Source: Octopus vulgaris
Taxonomy: Eukaryota
DNA: 64,000 bases
Assembly (NCBI GenBank): GCA_951406725.2
Contig: OX597826.1
Coordinates: forward strand, 9,858,001-9,922,000
Direction: 5' to 3'
Shown here: positions 13,849-26,248 of the stretch, one piece after another
Numbering within the stretch: the stretch's first letter is position 1
How the letters are laid out: the number at the start of each line of letters is the position of its first letter
Notes under the pieces: model-generated
Databases searched by the model: none
What the model saw: only the letters and a program-made list of their open reading frames with translations
Told to the model about the DNA's origin: nothing
Position numbers and translations under genes: made by a program

Positions 13849-14200
13849 TTCATCATCATCATCGTTTAACGTCTGCTTTCCATGCTAGCATGGGTTGGAC
13901 GATTTGACTGAAGACTGGCAAACCAGATGGCTGCACCAGGCTCCAATCTGATCTGGCAGAGTTTCTACAGCTGGATGCCCTTCCTAACACCAACCATTCC
14001 GTGAGTGTAGTGGGTGCTTTTTACGTGCCACCGGTACGAGGGTCAGTCAGGCAGTACTGGCAACAGCCATGCTCAAATTGTGTTTTTTACATGCCACCTG
14101 CACAGGAGCCAGTCCAGCGGCACTGGCAATGACCTCACTCGAATGTTTTTTCATATACCACTGACACAAGTGCCAGTAAGGCAACGCTGGTAACGATCAC
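13849..14200 (-). mobile_element. RTE-associated 3' end with (GAT)n tail
   Basis: catcatcatcgtttaacgtc..ctacagctggatgcccttcctaac..gtgctttttacgtgccacc; shares the ggcacgtaaaaagcacc unit with the LINE UTR at 2510-2645. Confidence 0.8.
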
Positions 14201-14432
14201 GGAAAATCGTGTATTTACCAGTGCTGTATCATGTTTCTGGTCAAGTCCACCTTGGACTATATTATTGTTGCTGTGGATGACTTAAGTGTATTTCATAGCA
14301 CTGGACGCATTATGTGGTCATTTAGTTGCAGATGTGGCTCTGGCACACAACAGTTGTTGTTTAGTTCCAGTTCAACATTGAGCAGACATATGGTCAAAGA
14401 TGGTCCAACCATGACCATCCTATTTTCATGTA

Positions 14433-14927
14433 CCATAAATCCTTGAGTATAATACGCAGGGGATTTTTAGAGGGCTGTGCCTCTGAAAAACCAAAACCTT
14501 GTGTATAATACACATCCCTTCTCTAACTTGAGTCAAGGAGGTCTATATAACATCCTTGGTTTGTAAAACTGTATATGGTAACATCCTTTATTATTATTGT
14601 ATATATAACATAATGCAAACGTGTAGCTTTTTTGTACATTTTGTTTGCAGAAAATAAAGAAATAACAGTAATAACATTTAATAAATGTTGCTTACTGCAA
14701 GTTATGGATGATTCTTTTATGACTTCATTGCTTTCAGGCTTAGCTTAAGGTATTTTCGCGCCCGACATCACAAAATGCGTCTGAATAAACAATGCCGGAC
14801 AGCAAATAGAGACTTGGACATTGCTTAGAAAATAATTTTCATTTTTAACCTCGTATATAGTACGCACTCGAGATTTTGATCTTTAAATTTTGAGAAAGAA
14901 ATGCGGATTATACTCAAGGATTTACGG
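14433..14927. mobile_element. Tc2/pogo-like MITE (495 bp)
   Basis: TIRs ccataaatccttgagtataatacgca and tgcggattatactcaaggatttacgg, flanked by TA. Confidence 0.8.
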
Positions 14928-15071
14928 TATATCCAATGTCTTTATGCATATTGCCAATGTACCACACAAACCATTATTTTTAAGAAATGTGAAGGATGGA
15001 AACTTAGCTGTTGTTTCTAATAGACTGAGTAAGCACATAGAGGTTCCTTTTTTAACATGTAATTAATTGTA

Positions 15072-16281
15072 TCATGTCATCCCATAAGTTCTGTCCGATT
15101 TTACCTTTTTTAAAACTGAATGAAATTTAATAGTATTTTAGAATGTCTAATGGAATTAAAAATTATTTTTATGTATTTATGTACATTTAAACTAATTAAA
15201 TATTATTTTACAGAATAATAGAATTAAAATTTCTTAGATTAAAACCCTTTTTAACATGGAAGTATCCAAAGAGCATTTGAGGCATATAATGCTTTATGAG
15301 TACAAAACAGGAAACTGCAGACAAAGCGACTTGAAACATACACTCAGTTTATGGGAAAGAATGCTTGAATGAAAGAACTTGCAGAAGATGGCTTGCAAAA
15401 TTCAGAAGTGGAGATTTCAGCCTTGAAGATAAAGATCGAACAGGACGTCCAGTTGAGTTTGATTATAAGCTCCTTGAGGCATTACTTGAAGAAAATCCTG
15501 CATTATCAGTTGAAGACTTGGCAATAAAGCTTAGTTCAAACCATACAACTGTTCATTGTCATCTTCAACTTGGAAAGGTTCCTAAACTTGGAAAATGAGT
15601 GCCTTGTGAATTGTCCAAAAGCAACCACAAATCCCGAGTTGACATCTGCTCTTCTCTCCATTCATGCGAACTCATTTCATCCTTTTTGGATAGACATGTG
15701 ACTGGTGACGAAAAATGGGTCTTCTATCGAAATGTTAAACGTCGTAAAGAGTAGCTTGGTAAAAGGGAAAAGGCTCAACCACAACCAAGAAGGGAACTTC
15801 ATGGGAAAAAGGTTCTTCTCTCTATCTGGTGGGATTGCAAAGGAGTAATTCACTTTAAACTGTTACCATCTAATGCAACAATCAATGCGCAGGTCTACTG
15901 TCAGCAATTAGTGTTTGAACCAAGCTTTGAAGAAAAAAAGACCCACTTTAGTGAATCGAAAAGGAGTGATGTTTCATCAGGGCAATGCTCAACCCCACAC
16001 TGCAAAGATCACATCACAGAAGATCAAAGAGCTTGGTTGGGAAAAATTTCCTCATCCACCTTATTCTCCTGACTATGCTCCTTCAGACTACCATTTGTTT
16101 CATAGTTTTCAGAATGATTTGGGAGACATAACTTTTGCAAGCCAGGAGGGGGTGGAAACTGACATTTCAGAGTTCTTTGCTTTGAAACCAAAAGAGTTTT
16201 ACATTGATGGGATAAAAAAAGCTTGTAAATAGATGGAAGGAAGTCCTAGATAATCAGGGTAAGTACATTGATGATTAAATT
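15072..16281 (+). mobile_element. Near full-length mariner (DD34D) transposon, inactive, 3' TIR lost
   Basis: 5' TIR after TA at 15070; broken ORF 15256-16278 with HTH region, VTGDEKW, HQGNA, HPPYSPDYAPSDYHLF, GKYIDD*; frameshifts and stops; an RTE tail follows immediately. Confidence 0.93.
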
Positions 16282-16577
16282 TCACCATTCGAGTGGGATC
16301 GTTACCAGCATCACCTTACTGGCACCCGTGCCGGTGGCATGTGTAAAAGATTCAAGAGAGGTCGTTGCCAGTGCCACCTGATTAGCCCCATGCCGGTGGC
16401 ACGTAAAAGCACCCACTACACTCTTGGAGTGGTTGGCGTTAGGAAGGGCATCCAGCTGTAGAAACTCTGCCAGATCAAGATTGGAGCCTGGTGCAGCCAT
16501 CTGGTTTGCCAGCCCTTAGTCATACGTCTAACCCATGCTAGCATGGAAAGCGGACGTTAAACAACGATGATGATGAT
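16282..16577 (+). mobile_element. RTE-associated 3' end with (GAT)n tail
   Basis: Reverse-complement homolog of 13849-14200. Confidence 0.82.
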
Positions 16578-16590
16578 TTGATCACTTATT

Positions 16591-16956
16591 CTTTACTCTT
16601 TTACTTGTTTCAGTCATTTGACTGCGGCCATGCTGGAGCACCGCCTTTAGTCGAGCAAATCTTATTCTTTGTAAGCCCAGTACTTATTCTATCGGTCTCT
16701 TTTGCCGAACCGCTAAGTGACGGGGACGTAAACACACCAGCATCGGTTGTCAAGCAATGCTAGGGGGACAAACACACACACATACATATATACGACAGGC
16801 TTCTTTCAGTTTCCGTCTACCAAATCCACTCGCATGGCATTGGTCGGCCCGGGGCTATAGCAGAAGACACTTGCCCAAGATGCCACACAGTGGGACTGAA
16901 CCCGGAACCATGTGGTTGGTAAGCAAGCTACTTACCACACAGCCACTCCTGCGCCT
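16591..16956 (-). mobile_element. SINE family B
   Basis: Near-consensus copy with a small internal deletion. Confidence 0.9.
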
Positions 16957-18113
16957 GTTAGTAAAGTCTGGTCATGTTCTACTCTGAAATATCAGCAGCA
17001 TCTTGAAATGAACAAGTGTTATGTTGGCTTACAGAATTCTCTTCCACCGTTCTTTCTGCAGGAAAACTTACCTGAAATGATCAACCACAATGCACACTGG
17101 AGACAACAGGTGAGGAAGACTTTTAGCGATTTGCTGTGCTTGAGAAGACGTGTCAGGTTAAGTGAAACCATTTTATATCCTACACCTAGCTTAATAATAA
17201 ACCATCATCTTTATATGACTAATAACATTAATTAAATACAGTTTAATTAACCCTTCAGCATTCAAATTACTTTGCCAAATAGAATGCTTATTTATTCACA
17301 TTGCTTTGAATTAATTCTGCATAATCTTGTAGCTCCAGGATTTCAGTGATGTAATTACATATCTATATGAAATGACATTGTAGGATAGGTATGAGAGGCC
17401 AGTTCTAGCCAGTTTGAACATAAAACAGGTAGAATATCTGGGCCGATTTAAATGCTTAGAATTCACATAAAATTATTTATTTGTAAAAATCATTTCCATT
17501 TTGTACAATATTCATGCACATATTGTAGGTACAGGAGTGGCTGCGTGGTTAAGAAGTGTGCCTCCTCACCTAGTGGTTTCATGTTCAGTCCCACAGTATG
17601 GCACCATATGCAAGTGTTTTTTACTATAGCCTCAGATGGAAATTGAAAGAAGCCAGTTTTCTGTGTACGTGTGAGTATATGCATACTTTTATCTTAATGT
17701 CATGTGATGATTGTAAATGAGCACCACCCTCATACAAGTGAGGTTGTTTGTTTCCATGGAAAACATGTCTGGCCAAGGGAAAATATTATCTTGTTTGGAA
17801 ACAGGTGAGGGTTGGCAAGGAGGAAGGACATCCATTTGTAGAAACACTACGTCTACAAATTCCATTCGACCCATGGAAAAGTGGAGGTTAAATGATGATG
17901 ATTCAACAACTTTAGCCAACATTAAAGCGAAATTAATTGCATTCTCTCTTCCCTCCGTAACTGAGGCATTTTTCATTAGTGATGAAAATAAAGCAAAGAT
18001 TAATTGAACGGAACCAACTTTGGTAAAAAAAAAAAAAAAGCAATTTGGCTTTTGAAATGAGAGCATGTCAGAATTCTAATAAGAAAAATTAATTTGAAGA
18101 ATTTGACTTAAAT

Positions 18114-18484
18114 ACTCTTTTACCTGTTTCAGTCATTTGACTGTGGCCATGCTGGAGCACCGCCTATAGTCGAGCAAATCGACCCCAGGACTTATTCTTT
18201 GTAAGCCTAGTACTTATTCTATCGGTCTCTTTTGCTGAACTGCTAAGTTACAGGGATGTAAACACACCAACATCGGTAGTCAAGCGATGTTGGGGGGACA
18301 AACACAGACACACAAACATACATATATATATATATGATGGGCTTCTTTCAGTTTCCGTCTACCAAATCCACTCACAAGGCTTTGGTTTGCCCGAGGCTAT
18401 AGTAGAAGACACTTGCCCAAGGTGCCATGCAGTGGGACTGAACCCGGAACCATGGTTGGTAAGCAAGCTACTTACCACACAGCC
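18114..18484 (-). mobile_element. SINE family B
   Basis: Homologous to 13231-13640. Confidence 0.9.
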
Positions 18485-19189
18485 GATAACTTTTATGACA
18501 GGAAGTTAGAAAATACAGGTTTGCTGTAGAAAATAAATGAATTTATGGTACAAATGTAATTTTAAACAAGAAATGAAAATTATTCAAATGTGATATGATT
18601 TATTTTCTTAGAATACACACATCTACTTACAATGGTTATCTTTTTGTTTTGTTTGCTGTGGTGCTTTTTCTTGCTTTTTTTTTTTTTTGATACATTTTTT
18701 TCAAACTTTTTTTAAAAATAAAATTGATTTTAAAGATCTCATCAATGCATATGTCACTGTATAACATTTTGGTTGTGACCTTTCAATTTTCTACATAACA
18801 AAAACAACTTCTCAACTTTCTCTCTCTCTCTCTCTCTCTCTCTTTCTCCCATGCTCACATTCTTCATTTTAACATTGAAGTACACACTATCATTCTTGCT
18901 TTTACAGTTTTTTTTTTTCTTTTTTGTTTATTTTTCTTTTGAGGGGGTGGGGGAATAACAAAAAAGATGAAAATGCCAACATTATAACAGCAGATGATAT
19001 TTTAGAAAATAAATTTACGTGATTTCTCTTCAAGGGGGAGCGGGGGGGGGAGAAAAAGAAACCCCAATAAGTTCAGCATTGGTCTCTGTTTTTAAGACCG
19101 TATTGTTTCTAACAGAGCAACATGTCCATTTATTGTAGAAAATGGAAGTCACAGCACACATGGTATCATCAATAATGGTATGTAATACT

Positions 19190-19550
19190 TATATATATGC
19201 ATATATGTATCTATATATATATATATAAATATACACATATATATACATGTGTGTGTGTGTATATATATATACACACACACACATATGTGTGTATATATAT
19301 ATATACACACACACACATGTGTATATATATATATATACATATATGTCTATATATGTGTATATATATATACACACACACATATATACATATGTATATATAT
19401 ATATGCACATATATACATATGTGTATATATATACACACACACATACATATATAGACATATATATATATATATATACACACATATATACATGTATATATAC
19501 ATATTTATGCATGTATACATATATACATACATATATACACACACATATAC
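19190..19550. repeat. (TA)n/(CA)n compound microsatellite
   Basis: Directly visible. Confidence 0.95.
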
Positions 19551-20249
19551 AATAGTTCTACTTAACTGCACAAGCTGATTTGGAAAATGATAAACAAGTA
19601 GGGACAATATAAAACAAAACCTATGTTGACTAATTAAATGCTAACAGATTTTGGTTTGATATGACTAGGCCCAAAGTTCCATGAATTTTGAAAATGGGAT
19701 ATTGTAATGTCTGTTTTTTTTCTGAAAAGATTAACGTAGGTGAATGGAATCAAAACTGGATTGCAATCTTGGATTTTTTTAAGGAGCACATCTCTCATTC
19801 CGTTGTGATTGGCAGGAAAGGAAGGTTTATCTAGCAGAAGCTCTTGCCATGTTCTTTCGGGAACATGTCAACCATTTTTGATGTCCATTTGGAAACAAGC
19901 TGGCTACATCATGACAAACCACAAAGGAGGGCAGTCACAGCATCTCTGGCCCTCAGTGAAGATTGACTCCAGAGAACACAAAACGCTTTAGAAATTCTGC
20001 TCAGCCTCTGTCTACAAATACACTATAAGCAGTCTTGCCCCTTAATCAAAACAGGTTTAGAGAAGAGAGGTGGGGTTAATTTTGCGCAACTCTCCCTCAC
20101 TTAAATCCAATTTCTGTGTAAATCAGCAGATGAAGATGTACTGAAAGCTGTGGTCACAAAATGCAGTTGTCTGATGTCATGTGATGACCATCCTTCACTG
20201 ATATTGAAGTAGTGATGGAGTCCAGCAGCCCCTTAGTAACTAAGTAGAG

Positions 20250-21330
20250 ACTTCAAAGACTAAACTGCGTAACTCCACAGTCCAAGGAAGAGTCTAGAAA
20301 AAGTGGTCTACACACCTTTCAGTCACATGGAATGTGCTAATGCTCATGGACAGCACCAAAGCAGAAAAACTGAGGAGAATGGTCCGGATTGCCAGGGAGC
20401 CAGGTCACAGAAACAAGAACTTCACTGGTTCATGCCACTTCCACCAGCAACCCTAACACACAGTGGCGACAAACCCTGAGGAAGTCAAGGTAACGTTCTA
20501 AGATGAATTGAACCTTCTTTGTCAAGTTTATGTGAAATCAAGACAAATTTATTGCTCTTAGTGATTTCAATGCTGGGGTCAGATATGACTGAAAACCAGT
20601 GAGTGATCATTGACAATACTGAAATCAGAAGATACAACAGATATAGTCTTAAGCAGAGAACATGTGCAGAGTCTACAACTCACAAATCCAATTTTTGCCT
20701 GCTTCACTACAAGACATCAAGGATGCGACCTCACTCCAATCACTTGGAATGGCTACACACATCAAATCCAGATTCAGTGTCTGTATACAGCCTCAGAAAA
20801 AGAAGACCCTTAATCAGGAAGCTGAATGTCTTGATGCAGCTCTGTTTCCATGAAAGTGACAATCAAGAGACCAAAATGCGAAAAGCTTCACCTTACTTCT
20901 GCTGGTGTCAAAGACCAACTCTATTAAATGGCACTTGAATAACTTGGTGCCAAATCGTACAAGCACATGGTTAAGTACTATAAACCTGAGATACAGGCCT
21001 TCCTGGACCAGAGACAGTCTTCTCAGAGCTCGTCACAATCCAAATGAGGTGCTTTTGTTATGATATGCAAGATAATCTAAGGTGAATTTCAGACGCAGGA
21101 CTCAGAGTCAATAAGAGAGTGGATATTCAGATGTATACAGATAGCAAGAATATGAGATGTTTTGCAAGCCATCTACAGCCCATGGCCGGTGTATTTCTGC
21201 TGCTGAGTACAAATAGTTCAGCAGTGATGATGAACAAGAAGACCTCTGGCAAAAATTAGCTGAGCAGGTCCACTCTCCTGGAATCTCCCTTCACTGACAA
21301 TGGAGGCAATAAGTTACTTCAACGAGAGAG
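20250..21330 (+). mobile_element. Ancient RTE LINE remnant, AP-endonuclease region
   Basis: Residual motifs TNPEEVK..F*DELN, IALSDFNAGV (GDFNA) and MRPHSNH (WMHPRSKHW-like); heavily frameshifted. Confidence 0.65.
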
Positions 21331-21399
21331 GAAAAAAAATATTAATCGTTAGTCATTCACAGACACAGCCAGGTGTGATGTTATGGTCTTTATCCCTAA

Positions 21400-23858
21400 G
21401 CATGAATATTTCAGATTATCATTAGAGATGTGATGCGAAATGCTTACAATTAAAAATTGAAACCAAATTGCAGATTCAGTTTTTTTTTTCAGAATTCACC
21501 TCTACATACAATGGAATTCCAAACGGTATTATTAATTTGTTCATTTTAATATCTCCAATTTAAAAGAATAACCTATATAAATATCTTATAAAAACTAACT
21601 TGATTGAGAAGAAGAACAACCAAAAAAAATGCATTTTAAAAAATAGTCTCCAACGAGGTCGCTCTTTGTCAGTTCATTCATGAGTGGATATGAAGAAGGG
21701 AAAAAACCAAGAGTTATTCCTTGACGGAAAGGAAGAGTAATGACAATTTGACTTCACTGATACAGCCACAACCTTGACTAGGATGATAAGAGGGTTTAAC
21801 CAAATGAAGTGATGCAGCTTAAAAAAAAAAAGGGACTTAATTGGCACCCTTTAAGGAAATATGCTTTATAAAAAAAAATTTATTAATTTCCAATTAGCTC
21901 TTCTGAGTATAATTTTTTTTATTTTTTGGTAGTGTAAGACAGTTATGAAAGAAATCTAGCAAACTGAAATTTGCACTGAAGATAATTCTAAGAATTAATA
22001 TAAGACAATCATCCTATCAACCTTTAATGCTGCCAATAGTACTTTATAAATAGGGGCGAAAATAACATCACTTTATAACAGTATGCAGGCACCTCTTGAT
22101 AGTTGTAAGTGGAAACTGTTAGCTCAAAGTTGGATAAATTCTATCTTTGTAGTAAATAATTTCTTTCTTAGATACAAAGCAAGTTTAGTAGTAAGAGAAA
22201 TATAGTTGAGTCAATCTCAGCATATTTCTGTTATTTATTTTTTTAACCAACCTAGATTTTCTTCAAGTTCATTACATTTTATGGCCAAATTAAATATTTT
22301 GTTCAAAATAAACACCAGTTTTAAAGATGGAATGAAGAAAAAATACAAATACTGTTTATGTCCTCTTGAGTATAAATGAAGACAAAATTAAAAACATAAA
22401 TAAAATAATTAGTGTTGGACCATTTCTCCACACAATAACGAGATGATAAAATTATACTTTACTACTAACTTACACTTTGCTGGAAATTTTCCCAGTAACT
22501 TTTTTTTTCCACAATATTTATTTTTTGTTTTGTTCCCCATTAATGTGTTTTGTTTTTTTTTTTTTTAATATTTTAAAATTTTTTCTTTTATACTAAATAA
22601 ACAAATATTATTCCTAACAACTGGACTTGAAAAAACTTCAGGTTAAAAAAATATTTGAGAGAAAACTCACCGGGTGTTAATATCTATCGATAAAAACGAA
22701 ACACATAATTGACATGCATGGCAAAGACTAATTTGAAGAGCCCAATGTTGTCATACACGAAGGGAATGGGTTGGGTTGGGGGGAAGCTGGAACCAACAGA
22801 AAAGCAACAAGCATGTGAGGAAGCTTAGCTATAGGGGAATTGCAGACAAGACAAGCTGTGGAGTTGGTTAAACAAAACAGTAACCAAATTTCAATAATTT
22901 CCAATCAAAGAAAAAAAAAAAAAGGTAAGTTAAAAGCCCTGATTCTTATTTGCTAAAGAAACAACAACGAAAAAAAAAAAAAAAAACTTGGTTTCTTACT
23001 AAGAAGAGTTAAACAGATGTTCATGCCCTAGCAGAAGTCATAAAGTTCTGTTAAATGGTTACGATAGACAATTGAAACTTGGTCAGATTCAAATCCCCTG
23101 GATGTAGTATTGGACCAAGGTATAAGTAACTAAGAGTTTATTACGAATGCATGAAGCGAAGCATTTAGACATTAACAAAAGCTGTGTGTGCTTTCAGTGA
23201 ACAGGCAATGTAACGAAGTAGATGCAACTGGAACTAAAAACCAAATTCAGTTTTGCAGAGGAGAGAACATAGTGTGTCGTATTACACAGAACTCACTCAC
23301 ACCATAACAATAAGGCTTATCTCTTGAAGAAGAAACAAAAAAAAAAAAAAAGAAAAGAAAAAAAACATGTGAAAAGAAACAAATGACTTTTTTTTTTTAT
23401 CAATATAAATATTGATGTACCCTAATAGTCAGTTCGCTGAAGAACAAGATTACAAGACTGTGTGTAATGCCCAATATGTAAACCAAATAAAGTGATCTGA
23501 ATAGAACAACCATGTAGATATACCTAAATGTGTGTGTGTGTATAAAATGCATTATGTGTACATGTATATATACACAAACACAAATGCATGTGTGTGTGTG
23601 TGTATATACATATATGTGTGTACATACACAGACGAAAAGTCTTATAAATAAGGCAGAACATAAAGTAAAATGGTGACTTATTTATAGGACACATGGTATA
23701 TATGCATATGAGGGCATAGAATAAAATAAATATGTTAATATTTTGATTGCAAATTGAAGTTTACAAAGGCCTAATGTTAACATGGAAGTGTACGGGTGTA
23801 AAGGTTTTGTTTTATGTTGTACAAAAACATAAATGCTCAACACTCCTTTGTGTTAAAG

Positions 23859-23893
<35 letters not shown>

Positions 23894-26248
23894 CAATAGT
23901 AGTTTCATTTGGTTTATACAAGCAACAAATTCATCAAGCAGCAAGGAAAAATAATGTTCTGCTGATAAATCCAAAACCATTCAGAAATGCAAAGAACAAA
24001 TGGATTTTTGAAGAGGAGGGGAAGAGGAATAACAAGGAGAGTAAAACATAAAAAACAATGATGAAACATCTTAAAACTAGATTTTTGCAGTTGTACACCT
24101 GTCCCCTATTAATGGCTGAAATGCTTCACTTTGTGGCATTTTTCCTCAATTGCTCGATACAAATTGTCTATGGTAATCAGAAATGGCTCTGAAACTTTAT
24201 TTTCCATTTTTATTTAGTATAGTTTCACATAATTTTCCTTTGTTTACAGTGTTGTGCTGTGGACATTTTAACCACCCACTACATTTTTATTATTATATCT
24301 TAAAAGAAAAATCTTCAATTTTTTTTTTTTTGTTTTAAATATCAGCTTAAGTATCAATCAAAAGATTTTTCAAATCACAAAACGAAAATAGTTTAATCAT
24401 AAACAGATTCAGGGTAAGGATATTTACAAATGCAGTACCTTTTTCTGCATACAAATCTAATTTGCATCTTAAATATATATTTTGTTTGCATTTGTAATTA
24501 TATTTTCGTCCTTTAAAATTTTTGAGCAAAACAATGCTTTCAAGTGTAAACAAAATATTTGTATAATTAAGACTTAAACTGCAAACAAAAAGCATTTATA
24601 TAGAGAGAAACAAGTACTGCAGTTATTAATTATCTAACCCTAATCAGTTTTTGATTTTTAAAAATTAATTATTTTTCTGCAAATTCTGAATACCTGGTGT
24701 TCAAAGTATAAAAAAACTGAAGAGTATAATAAAAAAAATAGTTAGTGGTGTGGGAGTAATCCACACTAAAATGAATAAGTGCTTAAATTTCTCAATAACA
24801 ATATCTGTCTTTATGTATTTGATCAATTGTGACCTTATAAGTAGCCAAAAAAATTCGACGTAGTTATGTCCCTTTCCTTGGATTCCTTGGTTACCCAGAT
24901 TTGAGCTCGAAGCTTTAAAACAGTCTGAATTCACCACCACACACCCATGTCAAGCACAGAACTCACATACTGACATATATTATGTATCCATGAGAAAGAG
25001 TGTGATATCAGCTTCTGCTTATCCCCAAGCCAGCTATGACTGAGGAGATATGTGTATGGTCAATGCACATCTAATCTTTTTGTACTCAACGAATTCTCTC
25101 CAATATGTCGTTTCTGTTTTACGATGACAGTATGTGTTCGTGTGTGGTTAAGTTTCATGTTTATTACTGAACTCAAACTCATTAGAAATGGACAGAAGTC
25201 TCATAATAAATATTGATCTACCTGACAAAAAGGTGTCATAAGGTCATTACAATTCTTAAACCTACATCAAGCTGTAAGAGTTTGTCTCCAAAGTCGAGCA
25301 TCTACAATCAGCAAATCAAGCAGATTAAAGGTTCGTTTGCATATTCTTCAGTCTCTTGGACAGTATATTGAAGAAAAAAAAGTCTTAGTAGACTGCGACT
25401 ACATAGTGTCTCTCTCTTTCTCTCATTTTTATCCCACCAACTCTCAACTGTTCTCCATTAACATGTACTTTCAGATCTGATCTCTAGATACATAAAAAAA
25501 AAAAAAGACAATGTTAAATGAAATGCTACTTGCTTGCTTTATAGGTTTTATTGTTGTTGTTGGTGATGATGGTGTTGATGTCATAAATTCTAATAATAAT
25601 TCTCCAGTTTGAATGGTAACAATATATTTTATTTTATTATTTTAATAGACAGAGTCCTCCTCTTTTTGGTTTAGCCTTTCAGACATAAAATACTTCGATG
25701 ACAGACAAAACAAATGGGTTTAAAAACAAAAAAAACGTAATTAAACACAAGTGAACCAGCTTTACCTTGTTTGTTTGTTATCTAAAAATTTCAATTAACC
25801 CCCACCCACCCCTACTCGTTAAATATGCTAAGCTAACATCCCTGATAGAACTACAAATACACTAATTGATGGGAAGTTCCTCTCCCGTCCAACCCTCTTT
25901 CTTTTCTACAATTACAAAAGTAATAATAGAACAAGAAGAGGGAAACAAAACGAAGAGAGATGGGGAAGATATAAGGATGCGGATAGAGAAGAAAAAAAAA
26001 AGAGAGAAAGAGAGGTTTTTTTTTCTCTAGAGACAAATGAGGTAAGTTTTTCTTCAGGTAAAAAATACTGCCAAAAATAATGTTTTGTGTTTGTTTTTGC
26101 TTGTTTTTGCTTCATTTGAACTAACGATGTGAAAGAAAACAGAAGAATGAAATGAAAAAAAAAAAAAGAAAAATAAAAATAAAAAAAAAAACGAAAGTGA
26201 AATAAAAATAAATGCATATATCACAGTCATCAAGAATGTTGAAGTTTA
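21400..26248 (-). other. Putative long 3' UTR
   Basis: About 4.9 kb after the stop with no recognisable SINE/LINE; U-runs on the minus strand; AATAAA (minus) at 21879-21884 and ATTAAA at 21545-21550. End point uncertain. Confidence 0.5.

Noticed and set aside
15256-16278. Domesticated or active mariner transposase
   Set aside because: Multiple stops and frameshifts, second catalytic Asp mutated, 3' TIR missing.
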